Source of the DNA: Escherichia coli
GTDB taxonomy: Bacteria > Pseudomonadota > Gammaproteobacteria > Enterobacterales > Enterobacteriaceae
Reading direction: 5' to 3' (one strand)
Assembly (NCBI RefSeq): GCF_003334785.1
Contig: NZ_QOWV01000013.1
Length of the DNA stretch: 64,000 bases
The position numbers were made by a program, and so were the translations under genes. The notes beneath the pieces are model-generated. The model was not told where the DNA came from. It searched no databases and worked only from the letters and a program-made list of their open reading frames with translations. Positions 12,684-24,031 of this stretch are shown piece by piece. Within the stretch, counting starts at the first letter, position 1. Every line of letters begins with the position of its first letter.

Positions 12684-12907
12684 GTAGGCCGGATAAGGCG
12701 CTCGCGCCGCATCCGGCGCTGTTGCCAAACTCCAGTGCCGCAATAATGTCGGATGCGATGCTTGCGCATCTTATCCGACCTACAGTGACTCAAACGATGC
12801 CCAACCGTAGGCCGGATAAGGCGCTCGCGCCGCATCCGGCACTGTTGCCAAACTCCAGTGCCGCAATAATGTCGGATGCGATACTTGCGCATCTTATCCG
12901 ACCTACA
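12684..12907. repeat. Two tandem REP/BIME units (about 101 bp each, period 123 bp) in the argE-ppc spacer
   Basis: gtaggccggataaggcgctcgcgccgcatccggc...atcttatccgacctaca occurs twice almost identically (12684..12784 and 12807..12907). Confidence 0.85.
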
Positions 12908-13154
12908 CCTTTGGTGTTACTTGGGGCGATTTTTTAACATTTCCATAAGTTACGCTTATTTAAAGCGTCGTGAATTTAATGACGTAAATTCCTGCTATTT
13001 ATTCGTTTGCTGAAGCGATTTCGCAGCATTTGACGTCACCGCTTTTACGTGGCTTTATAAAAGACGACGAAAAGCAAAGCCCGAGCATATTCGCGCCAAT
13101 GCGACGTGAAGGATACAGGGCTATCAAACGATAAGATGGGGTGTCTGGGGTAAT

Positions 13155-15806
13155 ATGAACGAACAATATTCCGCATTGCGTAGTAATGTCAGTATGCTCG
13201 GCAAAGTGCTGGGAGAAACCATCAAGGATGCGTTGGGAGAACACATTCTTGAACGCGTAGAAACTATCCGTAAGTTGTCGAAATCTTCACGCGCTGGCAA
13301 TGATGCTAACCGCCAGGAGTTGCTCACCACCTTACAAAATTTGTCGAACGACGAGCTGCTGCCCGTTGCGCGTGCGTTTAGTCAGTTCCTGAACCTGGCC
13401 AACACCGCCGAGCAATACCACAGCATTTCGCCGAAAGGCGAAGCTGCCAGCAACCCGGAAGTGATCGCCCGCACCCTGCGTAAACTGAAAAACCAGCCGG
13501 AACTGAGCGAAGACACCATCAAAAAAGCAGTGGAATCGCTGTCGCTGGAACTGGTCCTCACGGCTCACCCAACCGAAATTACCCGTCGTACACTGATCCA
13601 CAAAATGGTGGAAGTGAACGCCTGTTTAAAACAGCTCGATAACAAAGATATCGCTGACTACGAACACAACCAGCTGATGCGTCGCCTGCGCCAGTTGATC
13701 GCCCAGTCATGGCATACCGATGAAATCCGTAAGCTGCGTCCAAGCCCGGTAGATGAAGCCAAATGGGGCTTTGCCGTAGTGGAAAACAGCCTGTGGCAAG
13801 GCGTACCAAATTACCTGCGCGAACTGAACGAACAACTGGAAGAGAACCTCGGCTACAAACTGCCCGTCGAATTTGTTCCGGTCCGTTTTACTTCGTGGAT
13901 GGGCGGCGACCGCGACGGCAACCCGAACGTCACTGCCGATATCACCCGCCACGTCCTGCTACTCAGCCGCTGGAAAGCCACCGATTTGTTCCTGAAAGAT
14001 ATTCAGGTGCTGGTTTCTGAACTGTCGATGGTTGAAGCGACCCCTGAACTGCTGGCGCTGGTTGGCGAAGAAGGTGCCGCAGAACCGTATCGCTATCTGA
14101 TGAAAAACCTGCGTTCTCGCCTGATGGCGACACAGGCATGGCTGGAAGCGCGCCTGAAAGGCGAAGAACTGCCAAAACCAGAAGGCCTGCTGACACAAAA
14201 CGAAGAACTGTGGGAACCGCTCTACGCTTGCTACCAGTCACTTCAGGCGTGTGGCATGGGTATTATCGCCAACGGCGATCTGCTCGACACCCTGCGCCGC
14301 GTGAAATGTTTCGGCGTACCGCTGGTCCGTATTGATATCCGTCAGGAGAGCACGCGTCATACCGAAGCGCTGGGCGAGCTGACCCGCTACCTCGGTATCG
14401 GCGACTACGAAAGCTGGTCAGAGGCCGACAAACAAGCGTTCCTGATCCGCGAACTGAACTCCAAACGTCCGCTTCTGCCGCGCAACTGGCAACCAAGCGC
14501 CGAAACGCGCGAAGTGCTCGATACCTGCCAGGTGATTGCCGAAGCACCGCAAGGCTCCATTGCCGCCTACGTGATCTCGATGGCGAAAACGCCGTCCGAC
14601 GTACTGGCTGTCCACCTGCTGCTGAAAGAAGCGGGTATCGGGTTTGCGATGCCGGTTGCTCCGCTGTTTGAAACCCTCGATGATCTGAACAACGCCAACG
14701 ATGTCATGACCCAGCTGCTCAATATTGACTGGTATCGTGGCCTGATTCAGGGCAAACAGATGGTGATGATTGGCTATTCCGACTCAGCAAAAGATGCGGG
14801 AGTGATGGCAGCTTCCTGGGCGCAATATCAGGCACAGGATGCATTAATCAAAACCTGCGAAAAAGCGGGTATTGAGCTGACGTTGTTCCACGGTCGCGGC
14901 GGTTCCATTGGTCGCGGCGGCGCACCTGCTCATGCGGCGCTGCTGTCACAACCGCCAGGAAGCCTGAAAGGCGGCCTGCGCGTAACCGAACAGGGCGAGA
15001 TGATCCGCTTTAAATATGGTCTGCCAGAAATCACCGTCAGCAGCCTGTCGCTTTATACCGGGGCGATTCTGGAAGCCAACCTGCTGCCACCGCCGGAGCC
15101 GAAAGAGAGCTGGCGTCGCATTATGGATGAACTGTCAGTCATCTCCTGCGATGTCTACCGCGGCTACGTACGTGAAAACAAAGATTTTGTGCCTTACTTC
15201 CGCTCCGCTACGCCGGAACAAGAACTGGGCAAACTGCCGTTGGGTTCACGTCCGGCGAAACGTCGCCCAACCGGCGGCGTCGAGTCACTACGCGCCATTC
15301 CGTGGATCTTCGCCTGGACGCAAAACCGTCTGATGCTCCCCGCCTGGCTGGGTGCAGGTACGGCGCTGCAAAAAGTGGTCGAAGACGGCAAACAGAGCGA
15401 GCTGGAGGCTATGTGCCGCGATTGGCCATTCTTCTCGACGCGTCTCGGCATGCTGGAGATGGTCTTCGCCAAAGCAGACCTGTGGCTGGCGGAATACTAT
15501 GACCAACGCCTGGTAGACAAAGCACTGTGGCCGTTAGGTAAAGAGTTACGCAACCTGCAAGAAGAAGACATCAAAGTGGTGCTGGCGATTGCCAACGATT
15601 CCCATCTGATGGCCGATCTGCCGTGGATTGCAGAGTCTATTCAGCTACGGAATATTTACACCGACCCGCTGAACGTATTGCAGGCCGAGTTGCTGCACCG
15701 CTCCCGCCAGGCAGAAAAAGAAGGCCAGGAACCGGATCCTCGCGTCGAACAAGCGTTAATGGTCACTATTGCCGGGATTGCGGCAGGTATGCGTAATACC
15801 GGCTAA
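13155..15806 (+). CDS. ppc: Phosphoenolpyruvate carboxylase (883 aa)
   Basis: [29 protein letters not shown].. ..GMRNTG, 883 aa. Confidence 0.96.
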   Translation: MNEQYSALRSNVSMLGKVLGETIKDALGEHILERVETIRKLSKSSRAGNDANRQELLTTLQNLSNDELLPVARAFSQFLNLANTAEQYHSISPKGEAASNPEVIARTLRKLKNQPELSEDTIKKAVESLSLELVLTAHPTEITRRTLIHKMVEVNACLKQLDNKDIADYEHNQLMRRLRQLIAQSWHTDEIRKLRPSPVDEAKWGFAVVENSLWQGVPNYLRELNEQLEENLGYKLPVEFVPVRFTSWMGGDRDGNPNVTADITRHVLLLSRWKATDLFLKDIQVLVSELSMVEATPELLALVGEEGAAEPYRYLMKNLRSRLMATQAWLEARLKGEELPKPEGLLTQNEELWEPLYACYQSLQACGMGIIANGDLLDTLRRVKCFGVPLVRIDIRQESTRHTEALGELTRYLGIGDYESWSEADKQAFLIRELNSKRPLLPRNWQPSAETREVLDTCQVIAEAPQGSIAAYVISMAKTPSDVLAVHLLLKEAGIGFAMPVAPLFETLDDLNNANDVMTQLLNIDWYRGLIQGKQMVMIGYSDSAKDAGVMAASWAQYQAQDALIKTCEKAGIELTLFHGRGGSIGRGGAPAHAALLSQPPGSLKGGLRVTEQGEMIRFKYGLPEITVSSLSLYTGAILEANLLPPPEPKESWRRIMDELSVISCDVYRGYVRENKDFVPYFRSATPEQELGKLPLGSRPAKRRPTGGVESLRAIPWIFAWTQNRLMLPAWLGAGTALQKVVEDGKQSELEAMCRDWPFFSTRLGMLEMVFAKADLWLAEYYDQRLVDKALWPLGKELRNLQEEDIKVVLAIANDSHLMADLPWIAESIQLRNIYTDPLNVLQAELLHRSRQAEKEGQEPDPRVEQALMVTIAGIAAGMRNTG

Positions 15807-15823
15807 TCTTCCTCTTCTGCAAA

Positions 15824-15850
15824 CCCTCGTGCTTTTGCGCGAGGGTTTTC
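15824..15850 (+). terminator. ppc intrinsic terminator
   Basis: ccctcgtgcttttgcgcgagggttttc hairpin plus T-run 18 nt after the ppc stop. Confidence 0.6.
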
Positions 15851-15987
15851 TGAAATACTTCTGTTCTAACACCCTCGTTTTCAATATATTTCTGTCTGCA
15901 TTTTATTCAAATTCTGAATATACCTTCAGATATCCTTAAGGAATTGTCGTTACATTCGGCGATATTTTTTCAAGACAGGTTCTTACT

Positions 15988-17721
15988 ATGCATTCCACAG
16001 AAGTCCAGGCTAAACCTCTTTTTAGCTGGAAAGCCCTGGGTTGGGCACTGCTCTACTTTTGGTTTTTCTCTACTCTGCTACAGGCCATTATTTACATCAG
16101 TGGTTATAGTGGCACTAACGGCATTCGCGACTCGCTGTTATTCAGTTCGCTGTGGTTGATCCCGGTATTCCTCTTTCCGAAGCGGATTAAAATTATTGCC
16201 GCAGTAATCGGCGTGGTGCTATGGGCGGCCTCTCTGGCGGCGCTGTGCTACTACGTCATCTACGGTCAGGAGTTCTCGCAGAGCGTTCTGTTTGTGATGT
16301 TCGAAACCAACACCAACGAAGCCAGCGAGTATTTAAGCCAGTATTTCAGCCTGAAAATTGTGCTTATCGCGCTGGCCTATACGGCGGTGGCAGTTCTGCT
16401 GTGGACACGCCTGCGCCCGGTCTATATTCCAAAGCCGTGGCGTTATGTTGTCTCTTTTGCCCTGCTTTATGGCTTGATTCTGCATCCGATCGCCATGAAT
16501 ACGTTTATCAAAAACAAGCCGTTTGAGAAAACGTTGGATAACCTGGCCTCGCGTATGGAGCCTGCCGCACCGTGGCAATTCCTGACCGGCTATTATCAGT
16601 ATCGTCAGCAACTAAACTCGCTAACAAAGTTACTGAATGAAAATAATGCCTTGCCGCCACTGGCTAATTTCAAAGATGAATCGGGTAACGAACCGCGCAC
16701 TTTAGTGCTGGTGATTGGCGAGTCGACCCAGCGCGGACGCATGAGTCTGTACGGTTATCCGCGTGAAACCACGCCGGAGCTGGATGCGCTGCATAAAACC
16801 GATCCGAATCTGACCGTGTTTAATAACGTAGTTACGTCTCGTCCGTACACCATTGAAATCCTGCAACAGGCGCTGACCTTTGCCAATGAAAAGAACCCGG
16901 ATCTGTATCTGACGCAGCCGTCGCTGATGAACATGATGAAACAGGCGGGTTATAAAACCTTCTGGATCACCAACCAGCAGACGATGACCGCCCGCAATAC
17001 CATGCTGACGGTATTTTCGCGCCAGACCGACAAGCAGTACTACATGAACCAGCAACGTACGCAGAGTGCGCGTGAATACGACACCAACGTGCTGAAGCCG
17101 TTCCAGGAAGTGCTGAATGACCCTGCGCCGAAGAAACTGATCATTGTTCATCTGCTGGGTACGCATATCAAATACAAATACCGCTACCCGGAAAATCAGG
17201 GCAAGTTTGATGGCAATACCGATCATGTTCCGCCGGGATTAAACGCGGAAGAGCTGGAGTCATATAACGATTATGACAACGCTAACCTGTATAACGATCA
17301 TGTGGTTGCCAGCCTGATTAAAGACTTTAAAGCAGCAAACCCGAACGGTTTCCTGGTTTATTTCTCTGACCACGGTGAAGAGGTTTACGACACGCCGCCG
17401 CACAAAACTCAGGGGCGTAATGAGGACAACCCGACGCGTCATATGTACACCATTCCGTTCCTGCTGTGGACGTCAGAAAAATGGCAAGCGACTCATCCCC
17501 GTGATTTCTCGCAGGATGTTGATCGTAAATACAGCCTGGCGGAACTGATCCACACCTGGTCAGATTTGGCGGGCTTATCTTACGACGGTTACGATCCAAC
17601 CCGTTCAGTGGTGAATCCGCAGTTCAAAGAAACTACCCGCTGGATTGGTAACCCGTATAAGAAAAACGCACTGATCGATTACGACACACTGCCCTATGGC
17701 GATCAGGTGGGTAATCAGTAA
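15988..17721 (+). CDS. eptC: Phosphoethanolamine transferase (577 aa, N-terminal membrane domain plus sulfatase-like domain)
   Basis: MHSTEVQAKPLFSWKALGWALLYFWFFSTLLQAII.., 577 aa (yijP). Confidence 0.9.
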   Translation: MHSTEVQAKPLFSWKALGWALLYFWFFSTLLQAIIYISGYSGTNGIRDSLLFSSLWLIPVFLFPKRIKIIAAVIGVVLWAASLAALCYYVIYGQEFSQSVLFVMFETNTNEASEYLSQYFSLKIVLIALAYTAVAVLLWTRLRPVYIPKPWRYVVSFALLYGLILHPIAMNTFIKNKPFEKTLDNLASRMEPAAPWQFLTGYYQYRQQLNSLTKLLNENNALPPLANFKDESGNEPRTLVLVIGESTQRGRMSLYGYPRETTPELDALHKTDPNLTVFNNVVTSRPYTIEILQQALTFANEKNPDLYLTQPSLMNMMKQAGYKTFWITNQQTMTARNTMLTVFSRQTDKQYYMNQQRTQSAREYDTNVLKPFQEVLNDPAPKKLIIVHLLGTHIKYKYRYPENQGKFDGNTDHVPPGLNAEELESYNDYDNANLYNDHVVASLIKDFKAANPNGFLVYFSDHGEEVYDTPPHKTQGRNEDNPTRHMYTIPFLLWTSEKWQATHPRDFSQDVDRKYSLAELIHTWSDLAGLSYDGYDPTRSVVNPQFKETTRWIGNPYKKNALIDYDTLPYGDQVGNQ

Positions 17722-17740
17722 TTATCAGCCAGGCGCTATT

Positions 17741-17824
17741 TGCCGGATGCGACGCTTGACGCGTCTTATCCGGCCTACAGATCGCGGCGGTAGGCTGGAT
17801 AAGGCGTTTACGCCACATCCGGCA
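17741..17824. repeat. REP pair in the eptC-yijO spacer
   Basis: tgccggatgcgacgcttgacgcgtcttatccggcctaca ... taggctggataaggcgtttacgccacatccggca. Confidence 0.8.
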
Positions 17825-17935
17825 ATACAACTGCCGCAATGTTTACATCGAACTCCCCTCAGGCCACACTTTTCAGGTGGCCTTTTTTAATAATGCCAGT
17901 TACTGTTTTCCCGTCTACATACCTAAGGGAATAAC

Positions 17936-18787
17936 ATGTATCACGACGTCAGCTATCTGCTCTCCCGCCTGATCAACGGCCCGCTGTCCCTGCGCCAGAT
18001 TTACTTTGCCAGCAGTAACGGCCCGGTGCCCGATCTTGCGTATCAGGTCGATTTTCCACGGCTGGAAATTGTGCTGGAAGGTGAGTTTGTTGATACCGGC
18101 GCTGGAGCAACGTTAGTTCCCGGCGATGTGCTGTACGTTCCTGCTGGTGGCTGGAATTTTCCACAATGGCAAGCCCCCGCTACTACCTTTAGCGTGCTGT
18201 TTGGCAAACAGCAACTCGGCTTCAGCGTCGTGCAATGGGATGGCAAACAATATCAAAATCTGGCGAAGCAACACGTCGCCCGACGCGGCCCACGCATAGG
18301 TTCTTTTCTGCTACAAACGCTCAATGAAATGCAAATGCAGCCGCAGGAGCAGCAAACGGCAAGGCTTATCGTCGCCAGCCTGCTTAGCCACTGCCGCGAT
18401 TTGCTTGGCAGCCAAATCCAGACCGCCTCACGCAGCCAGGCACTATTTGAAGCTATTCGCGATTATATCGACGAACGCTATGCCTCCGCGCTTACCCGCG
18501 AATCTGTTGCACAGGCGTTTTATATTTCGCCAAATTACCTCTCGCACCTGTTTCAAAAAACGGGGGCCATTGGTTTTAACGAATACCTGAATCACACGCG
18601 ACTGGAGCACGCTAAGACGTTATTGAAAGGCTATGACCTGAAGGTAAAAGAAGTGGCGCACGCCTGCGGCTTTGTCGACAGCAACTACTTCTGCCGTCTG
18701 TTTCGTAAAAACACCGAACGCTCGCCGTCGGAATATCGCCGGCAGTACCACAGCCAACTGACAGAAAAACCGACTACTCCAGAATAA
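17936..18787 (+). CDS. yijO: AraC-family transcriptional regulator (283 aa)
   Basis: 283-aa ORF with C-terminal AraC HTH (..YISPNYLSHLFQKTGAIGFNEYLNHTRLEHAKTLL..). Confidence 0.88.
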   Translation: MYHDVSYLLSRLINGPLSLRQIYFASSNGPVPDLAYQVDFPRLEIVLEGEFVDTGAGATLVPGDVLYVPAGGWNFPQWQAPATTFSVLFGKQQLGFSVVQWDGKQYQNLAKQHVARRGPRIGSFLLQTLNEMQMQPQEQQTARLIVASLLSHCRDLLGSQIQTASRSQALFEAIRDYIDERYASALTRESVAQAFYISPNYLSHLFQKTGAIGFNEYLNHTRLEHAKTLLKGYDLKVKEVAHACGFVDSNYFCRLFRKNTERSPSEYRRQYHSQLTEKPTTPE

Positions 18788-19115
18788 GATGGGTTTGCTG
18801 CGGCGCAGAAAGCACTTTGCGCACCGCGCTCATTACCCGCTGCGGCTCACGCAGGAATGCGTAGATGCTGCATTGCACATAGCGGCAATGTTCAAATCGC
18901 TCGGCACCGGCAAGCTCGATATCCGTAATCAACAGAGCAACATCCGCCCGGCGGATATCCTCATCCGCTAAACGATTCTCCGTTCCCAGCGCGCCCTGAG
19001 TTTCAATGCTGACTCCCCACTTCTCTAACAGGCACAACTTTTCCAGCCGTTCCGCCGCCATATAAGTATGCGCCACGCCGCTTACGCAGGCGGTTACTGC
19101 CACCAGGTATGCCAT
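18774..19115 (-). CDS. frwD: PTS fructose-like EIIB component (113 aa)
   Basis: ORF contains MAYLVAVTACVSGVAHTYMAAERLEKL (PTS IIB Cys motif); annotated start internal to the 134-aa ORF. Confidence 0.88.
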   Translation of the reverse strand: MAYLVAVTACVSGVAHTYMAAERLEKLCLLEKWGVSIETQGALGTENRLADEDIRRADVALLITDIELAGAERFEHCRYVQCSIYAFLREPQRVMSAVRKVLSAPQQTHLILE

Positions 19116-19116
19116 T

Positions 19117-19995
19117 TTAACCTCCCACGGTAACCTGAAGTCCGGCCCGTTCTGCCATTTCGCGCATCGTTGCCACATCAGCTGACGACGGCGCAGGCAC
19201 CTCTTTCATCGACCATGTTTTCCCCAGCAGGCGGTATTTCGGTTCGCCGTACTGATGAAACGGTAACAGATGGATCTGCCTGATATTCAGCGGGATCAGT
19301 ACATCCAGCGCCTGCTGCATATTCTCCCGGCTGAGCGTGAAACCAGGGATCAGCGGTAAACGCGGGATCACGTTGACGCCCTCACTCACCAGCAAACGCA
19401 GATTCTCCAGCACGCGTGGCAGGTTCATCTTCACCACATCCCGCGCCTGAGTCGCGTCCATAATTTTTAAATCGAACAACACTTCATCGCACAATTTCGC
19501 CAGCGGTAATAGCTTGCTGGCTGGTGCGTCTCCGGCAGTTTCAATGGCGCATGACACACCCCACAGCCGCAGTCGCTGTAAAAAACGGGTAGCAAACTCC
19601 GCCTGCATTAACACTTCGCCGCCAGAAAGCGTGACGCCGCCGCCGGACGTGCGAAAGAAAATGTCATCTTTCATCACTTCCCGTTCCAGAGCGTCAAGGC
19701 TGATATCGCGACCAATCCGTTCAAACGCCCCGGAGGGGCATTCATCCGCATCACGCAAACATTTCGCACAGTGCAGACATTTCGCCTCTCTGCGTACCGT
19801 CTGGATTTTGCCGGAGATCGACTCCGGATTAGCACACCACGGGCAAAGATGCGGACAGCCTTTAAAAAAGACCACCGTACGAATGCCCTCGCCGTCATTC
19901 AGTGAATAACGCTGAATGTTGAAAATGCGCGCCACATCATCGCGGCGCGTTTCCACAACGTTACAGCTGATGCGCTGTCCGGCGGATGATGTCAT
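19117..19995 (-). CDS. pflC: Glycyl-radical enzyme activase, radical SAM (292 aa)
   Basis: ORF contains MTSSAGQRISCNVVETRRDDVARIFNIQRYSLNDGEGIRTVVFFKGCPHLCPWCANPES (CxxxCxxC radical-SAM motif). Confidence 0.9.
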   Translation of the reverse strand: MTSSAGQRISCNVVETRRDDVARIFNIQRYSLNDGEGIRTVVFFKGCPHLCPWCANPESISGKIQTVRREAKCLHCAKCLRDADECPSGAFERIGRDISLDALEREVMKDDIFFRTSGGGVTLSGGEVLMQAEFATRFLQRLRLWGVSCAIETAGDAPASKLLPLAKLCDEVLFDLKIMDATQARDVVKMNLPRVLENLRLLVSEGVNVIPRLPLIPGFTLSRENMQQALDVLIPLNIRQIHLLPFHQYGEPKYRLLGKTWSMKEVPAPSSADVATMREMAERAGLQVTVGG

Positions 19996-22258
19996 CCTGG
20001 ATCTCCTTCGACAGTTCGACAAAGAAGGCGCTGTATCCGGCAACGCGCACCACCAGCCCGGCATAATCTTGTGGGCGCTGTTGCGCTTCCCGCAACGTGT
20101 CGGCGTTCACCACGTTAAACTGAATATGTTGTAACTTAAGCTGGGTAAACGCCCGTAAGAAGTCGGCCAGTTTGCGTAATCCTGCTTCACCTTCCAGGGT
20201 CGCCGGAGTGAATTTCACGTTCAGCAACGTACCGTTAGACAGCAGCGTGTTATCGAGCTTACTGACTGACTTCAGTACCGCTGTTGGCCCTTGTGCGTCC
20301 TGGCCCAGCATGGGTGACAAGCCGCCGTCTGCCAGCTGTTCTCCGGCAAAACGACCGTCTGGCGTCGCGCCAACCACCGATCCCAACGGGACGTGAGCAG
20401 AAACGGTATACGATCCCGGCGTGAAGTAGCCGCCGCGCGGGTTCTGGTATTTTTCCACTTCTTTGCAGTAGTGGCGCAACAGTTCGGCGCTGATGTTATC
20501 CACCTCGTCGATATCGTTACCGTATTTCTCGAAGCGGTTAATTAAGCGAGCGCGGACTTTTTCGCCTTCTGGCGTTGCGAAGTTGGCTTTTAATACCGAC
20601 AGCAATTCGTCAAAACTTAAACGCTGTTGCTCAAAAACCATCCCTTTCAACGCATGGAGAGAATCGCTCAGGTTGGCGATACCGATCCCCTGTACGCCGG
20701 AGAAGTTATAACGCGCGCCGCCATCGGTAATATCGCGGCCTTTTTCCAGACAATCGCTGATAAACGATGAGAGCAGCGGTACAGGTGCCCAGTCGCGATG
20801 GCCGATATCACAAATATTGCTGCCCTCAACCATCAGGGTGATGTAGTGGCTGATCTTGGCGCGGATCTGCTCCAGTAAACCTTCATAAGTCAGCGCAGCA
20901 TTGCCTTCATTTTCATGCAGGCAGATTTCCATCACTTTCAGCAGATTAAACATCGCGATGTCATGCAAGCCGTAGGTTCTGCCGGGAATAGATAATTCCA
21001 CACAGCCCACTACGGAATAGTCGCGCGCATCTTCCAGCGAAACGCCACGGTTGAGGAACGCTGGCACCACCACTTCATCGTTAAAGATTTGCGGAATACC
21101 GGTGCCGAAGCGAATGGTTTCGGCGGTTTTCATCAGGAACGGCGTGTCGATCAAGGCGTTAGTGCGCACGCCGAGGTTCGGTTGCGGTAATTGCACGCTT
21201 TGATAGGCGTCAAGGCAAAGGAACGAAAGCACGTTCACCGCGCTACGTCCGTTCTCGGTTAACCCGCCGAGCAGTGCGGTATAGCCGGTCGGGAAACCGG
21301 CGAAATAACGCGCGCTACTGGTGGAGCGCAACAGCACGATGTCGTTGCATTTCACCCATAAAGATTCGAGCAGTTCTTTCAGGAACGCCGCATCTTCGCC
21401 CTGGGTTAATGATGTCTAATAGAACGGCAACATATACTGGTCGAAGCGCCCCAACGATAGCGAACTGGCGTTGGATTCGTATTGCAGAATGATGTTCATG
21501 TACCAGAATAACTGGCACGCCTGCCAGAACGTCTGCGGCTTATGTTGCGCGTTATGGCGGGAGATCTCTGCAATAGTCAGCAGCTCTTCGCGACGCTGGG
21601 CATCTGTGCAGTTTGCCGCCATCGTTTCCGCCAGTTCGGCGTAACGCAAAATGTGTTTCTGCGAGGCTTCCAGCAGTAACAACGCGGCCTGATAAAAGTG
21701 ATTCTCCGGCTGTTGCTGACAATGTTGCTGCATCTGTGCCACCAGCTCACCCAGCCCGTGATTCAACAGGCGTGGGTAATCAATAATAATGTGCCCCTGG
21801 CCTTTATCCGTCTGGTTGATGCTGAAAATCTGCGTGTTGGTCGCGGCTTTTACTTCATCTGTCATCTGCCCGTTGATGAAATCTTTCATCGAACGTTTTT
21901 CCCAGTACGGGAACAACTCTTCACGGTAGATACGTTTATCTTCTTCGCTGATAGCAAAGCGGTCCTGCGGACGCGTCGGGAATTGATCCAGCTCTTTCAG
22001 CAGCCAGTAAGGGTCCATTTCCGGCGACATAATCCCGGCGCGCGGTTTTACGGTGCGGTTACCGGCAATCAGTTCTTCATCACGAATCGAAATTTCAACA
22101 TGTTCAAGGATATACGCTGTTGCTTTCGCCCGGCGCAATATCACCGGTTCGCCTTCGGTTTGCCGATGGCTGGCGGTATAAAGCAGCGCCCGCTCCAGCG
22201 AGATTTCACGGGTATTGGCAAACAGTGCAGTTTTGAGGCGAGAGATACGATTCGTCAT
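19961..22258 (-). pseudogene. pflD: Pyruvate formate-lyase-like glycyl radical enzyme PflD, interrupted by an in-frame TAG at 21416..21418 (280-codon N-terminal ORF, 464-codon remainder including the glycyl-radical C-terminus)
   Basis: ORFs 21416..22258 (MTNRISRLKTALFANTREISLERALLYTASHRQ..) and 19961..21355 (..RVAGYSAFFVELSKEIQDDIIRRTAHQL) share one frame; the 20 intervening codons read TSLTQGEDAAFLKELLESLW with no other stop; total 766 codons equals intact 765-aa PflD. Confidence 0.8.
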
Positions 22259-22308
22259 GAGGAACTCCTGTGGGAAAGCGAACCCGCCCTTGCGAGCGGG
22301 AGAAGAAC

Positions 22309-22629
22309 TTAAGCGGTTTGCGCCAGGTGAGCTTCAATTTTGCTCATAATGGCGTCAGCACGTTTTACTGCATCGCTGATGTTGACGCGCACGATGGTCT
22401 TGCCAGCAAAACGCTCTTCAAACTTGATGCCGATATCTTTGGTCAGAATCACCATATCAGCGCTCGCCACATCTTCCGCAGTCAGTTCATTTTCCAGACC
22501 AATTGACCCCTGGGTTTCTACTTTCACTTCCCAGCCTTTCGCTTTCGCGGCACTTTCCAGCGCCTCTGCTGCCATATAGGTATGGGCAACACCTGAAGGA
22601 CATGCGGTTACTGCAATAATTTTCGTCAT
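22309..22629 (-). CDS. frwB: PTS fructose-like EIIB component (106 aa)
   Basis: MTKIIAVTACPSGVAHTYMAAEALESAAKAKGWEVKVETQG.., 106 aa. Confidence 0.9.
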   Translation of the reverse strand: MTKIIAVTACPSGVAHTYMAAEALESAAKAKGWEVKVETQGSIGLENELTAEDVASADMVILTKDIGIKFEERFAGKTIVRVNISDAVKRADAIMSKIEAHLAQTA

Positions 22630-22643
22630 GGCTCGTTCCTCAA

Positions 22644-23723
22644 TTAATTAATTTCAAAATCCAAATCCAGGTCGTCTTCTTTTTCATCAGTCGAAGACCC
22701 ATTTTTACGCGCCAGACTTTTCAGCACGTTCACACAAACAGCCGTCACCACTGCTCCGACAGCCACTGCTGCGATATAACCCAGCTTGCCTTCAACCACC
22801 GGCAGCACAATCAGACCACCCCAGCCTGCATAGCACTGCGCACCGACCAGCGCCGCAGTTACTGCACCACAAACTGAACCGACCATGATGGAAGGAATGA
22901 CACGCAGCGGATCGGCAGCGGCGAAAGGAATCGCCCCTTCAGTAACGCCAACACAGCCCATCACCAGTGTCGCTTTGCCGGTTTCGCGCTCTTCTGCGGA
23001 GAAATTTTTACGACCAATCAGCGTCGCCAGCCCCATCCCCAGCGGCGGGATACAAATACCCACGGCAGCGATGGCCACCACGGTATAAACACCCTGAGCA
23101 ACGCAAATCAGCATGAAGGCATAGGCCACTTTGTTAACCGGACCGCCCATATCGAACGCCAGCATCAGACCCATGATCACCGCCAGCATAACAATGCTGC
23201 CCTGCTGCATCCCCTGAAGCCACTGAGTCAGGCTGTTGGTCAACGCCCCTACAGGCTCGCCCAAGCCCCACATCATGATGCCTGCGGTAATCAGTGTGCC
23301 GACGATAGGAATAATGAAGATAGGCATCACCGAGCGCAGAACTTTATGCACCGGAATTTTCTTCAGGTAATGCACCACGATGCCGCCGATAATCCCGGCG
23401 ATCAGTGCACCAAAGAAGCCCGCACCAAAGCTGTTACCAACCCAGGCACCGATAGCGCACGGAGCCAGCGCAGAACGCTCTGCAATGGAATAACCGATGT
23501 ACGCTGCGAGGAAAGGCACCATCAGCGTCAAGCCCGCAACGCCGATATCAAACAGTTTTTTCAGATTTGGATCGGCTACGGCATCCGGCACTGCGCCTTT
23601 GCCATACAACATGACGGAAACCGCCAGCAAAATACCGCCCGATACCACGAAGGGAATCATGTGTGAAACGCCCGTCATTAAATGCTGACGGGTATTTTTC
23701 AGGATCTGCACCAACTCATTCAT
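22644..23723 (-). CDS. frwC: PTS fructose-like EIIC permease (359 aa)
   Basis: 359-aa polytopic membrane ORF MNELVQILKNTRQHLMTGVSHMIPFVVSGGILLAV.. Confidence 0.9.
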   Translation of the reverse strand: MNELVQILKNTRQHLMTGVSHMIPFVVSGGILLAVSVMLYGKGAVPDAVADPNLKKLFDIGVAGLTLMVPFLAAYIGYSIAERSALAPCAIGAWVGNSFGAGFFGALIAGIIGGIVVHYLKKIPVHKVLRSVMPIFIIPIVGTLITAGIMMWGLGEPVGALTNSLTQWLQGMQQGSIVMLAVIMGLMLAFDMGGPVNKVAYAFMLICVAQGVYTVVAIAAVGICIPPLGMGLATLIGRKNFSAEERETGKATLVMGCVGVTEGAIPFAAADPLRVIPSIMVGSVCGAVTAALVGAQCYAGWGGLIVLPVVEGKLGYIAAVAVGAVVTAVCVNVLKSLARKNGSSTDEKEDDLDLDFEIN

Positions 23724-24031
23724 AAGCTGCTCCCGGGCTTGCGAAAGCCCATGTCCATATTTTTGATGGAGGAAACAATAGGCAATCGCAGGCGGAGCAA
23801 ACAGTGGATAAAAAGGCCATTTACTGGACTTTTGTAATATCAGTACAAAAATGCGATCCGCCTCATAACTTGCGATAAACCGGAAGCATGCCGCAAAACA
23901 GCGTCTTGTGAGACGCGTCGCAAATTGACGGTTACATTACATTTGTCCAGCTTTTGGCAGATTTGTCACATGGCAGGCCGTTGCCGTGCGCTCTTATCCT
24001 GTAAACAGAAAACCGTACCGGGAGAGAGGCA

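Noticed and set aside
12684-12907. Possible CRISPR array at the tandem direct repeats
   Set aside because: Only two repeat units; each is an imperfect palindrome of the REP family; no cas genes, no unique spacers of regular size.
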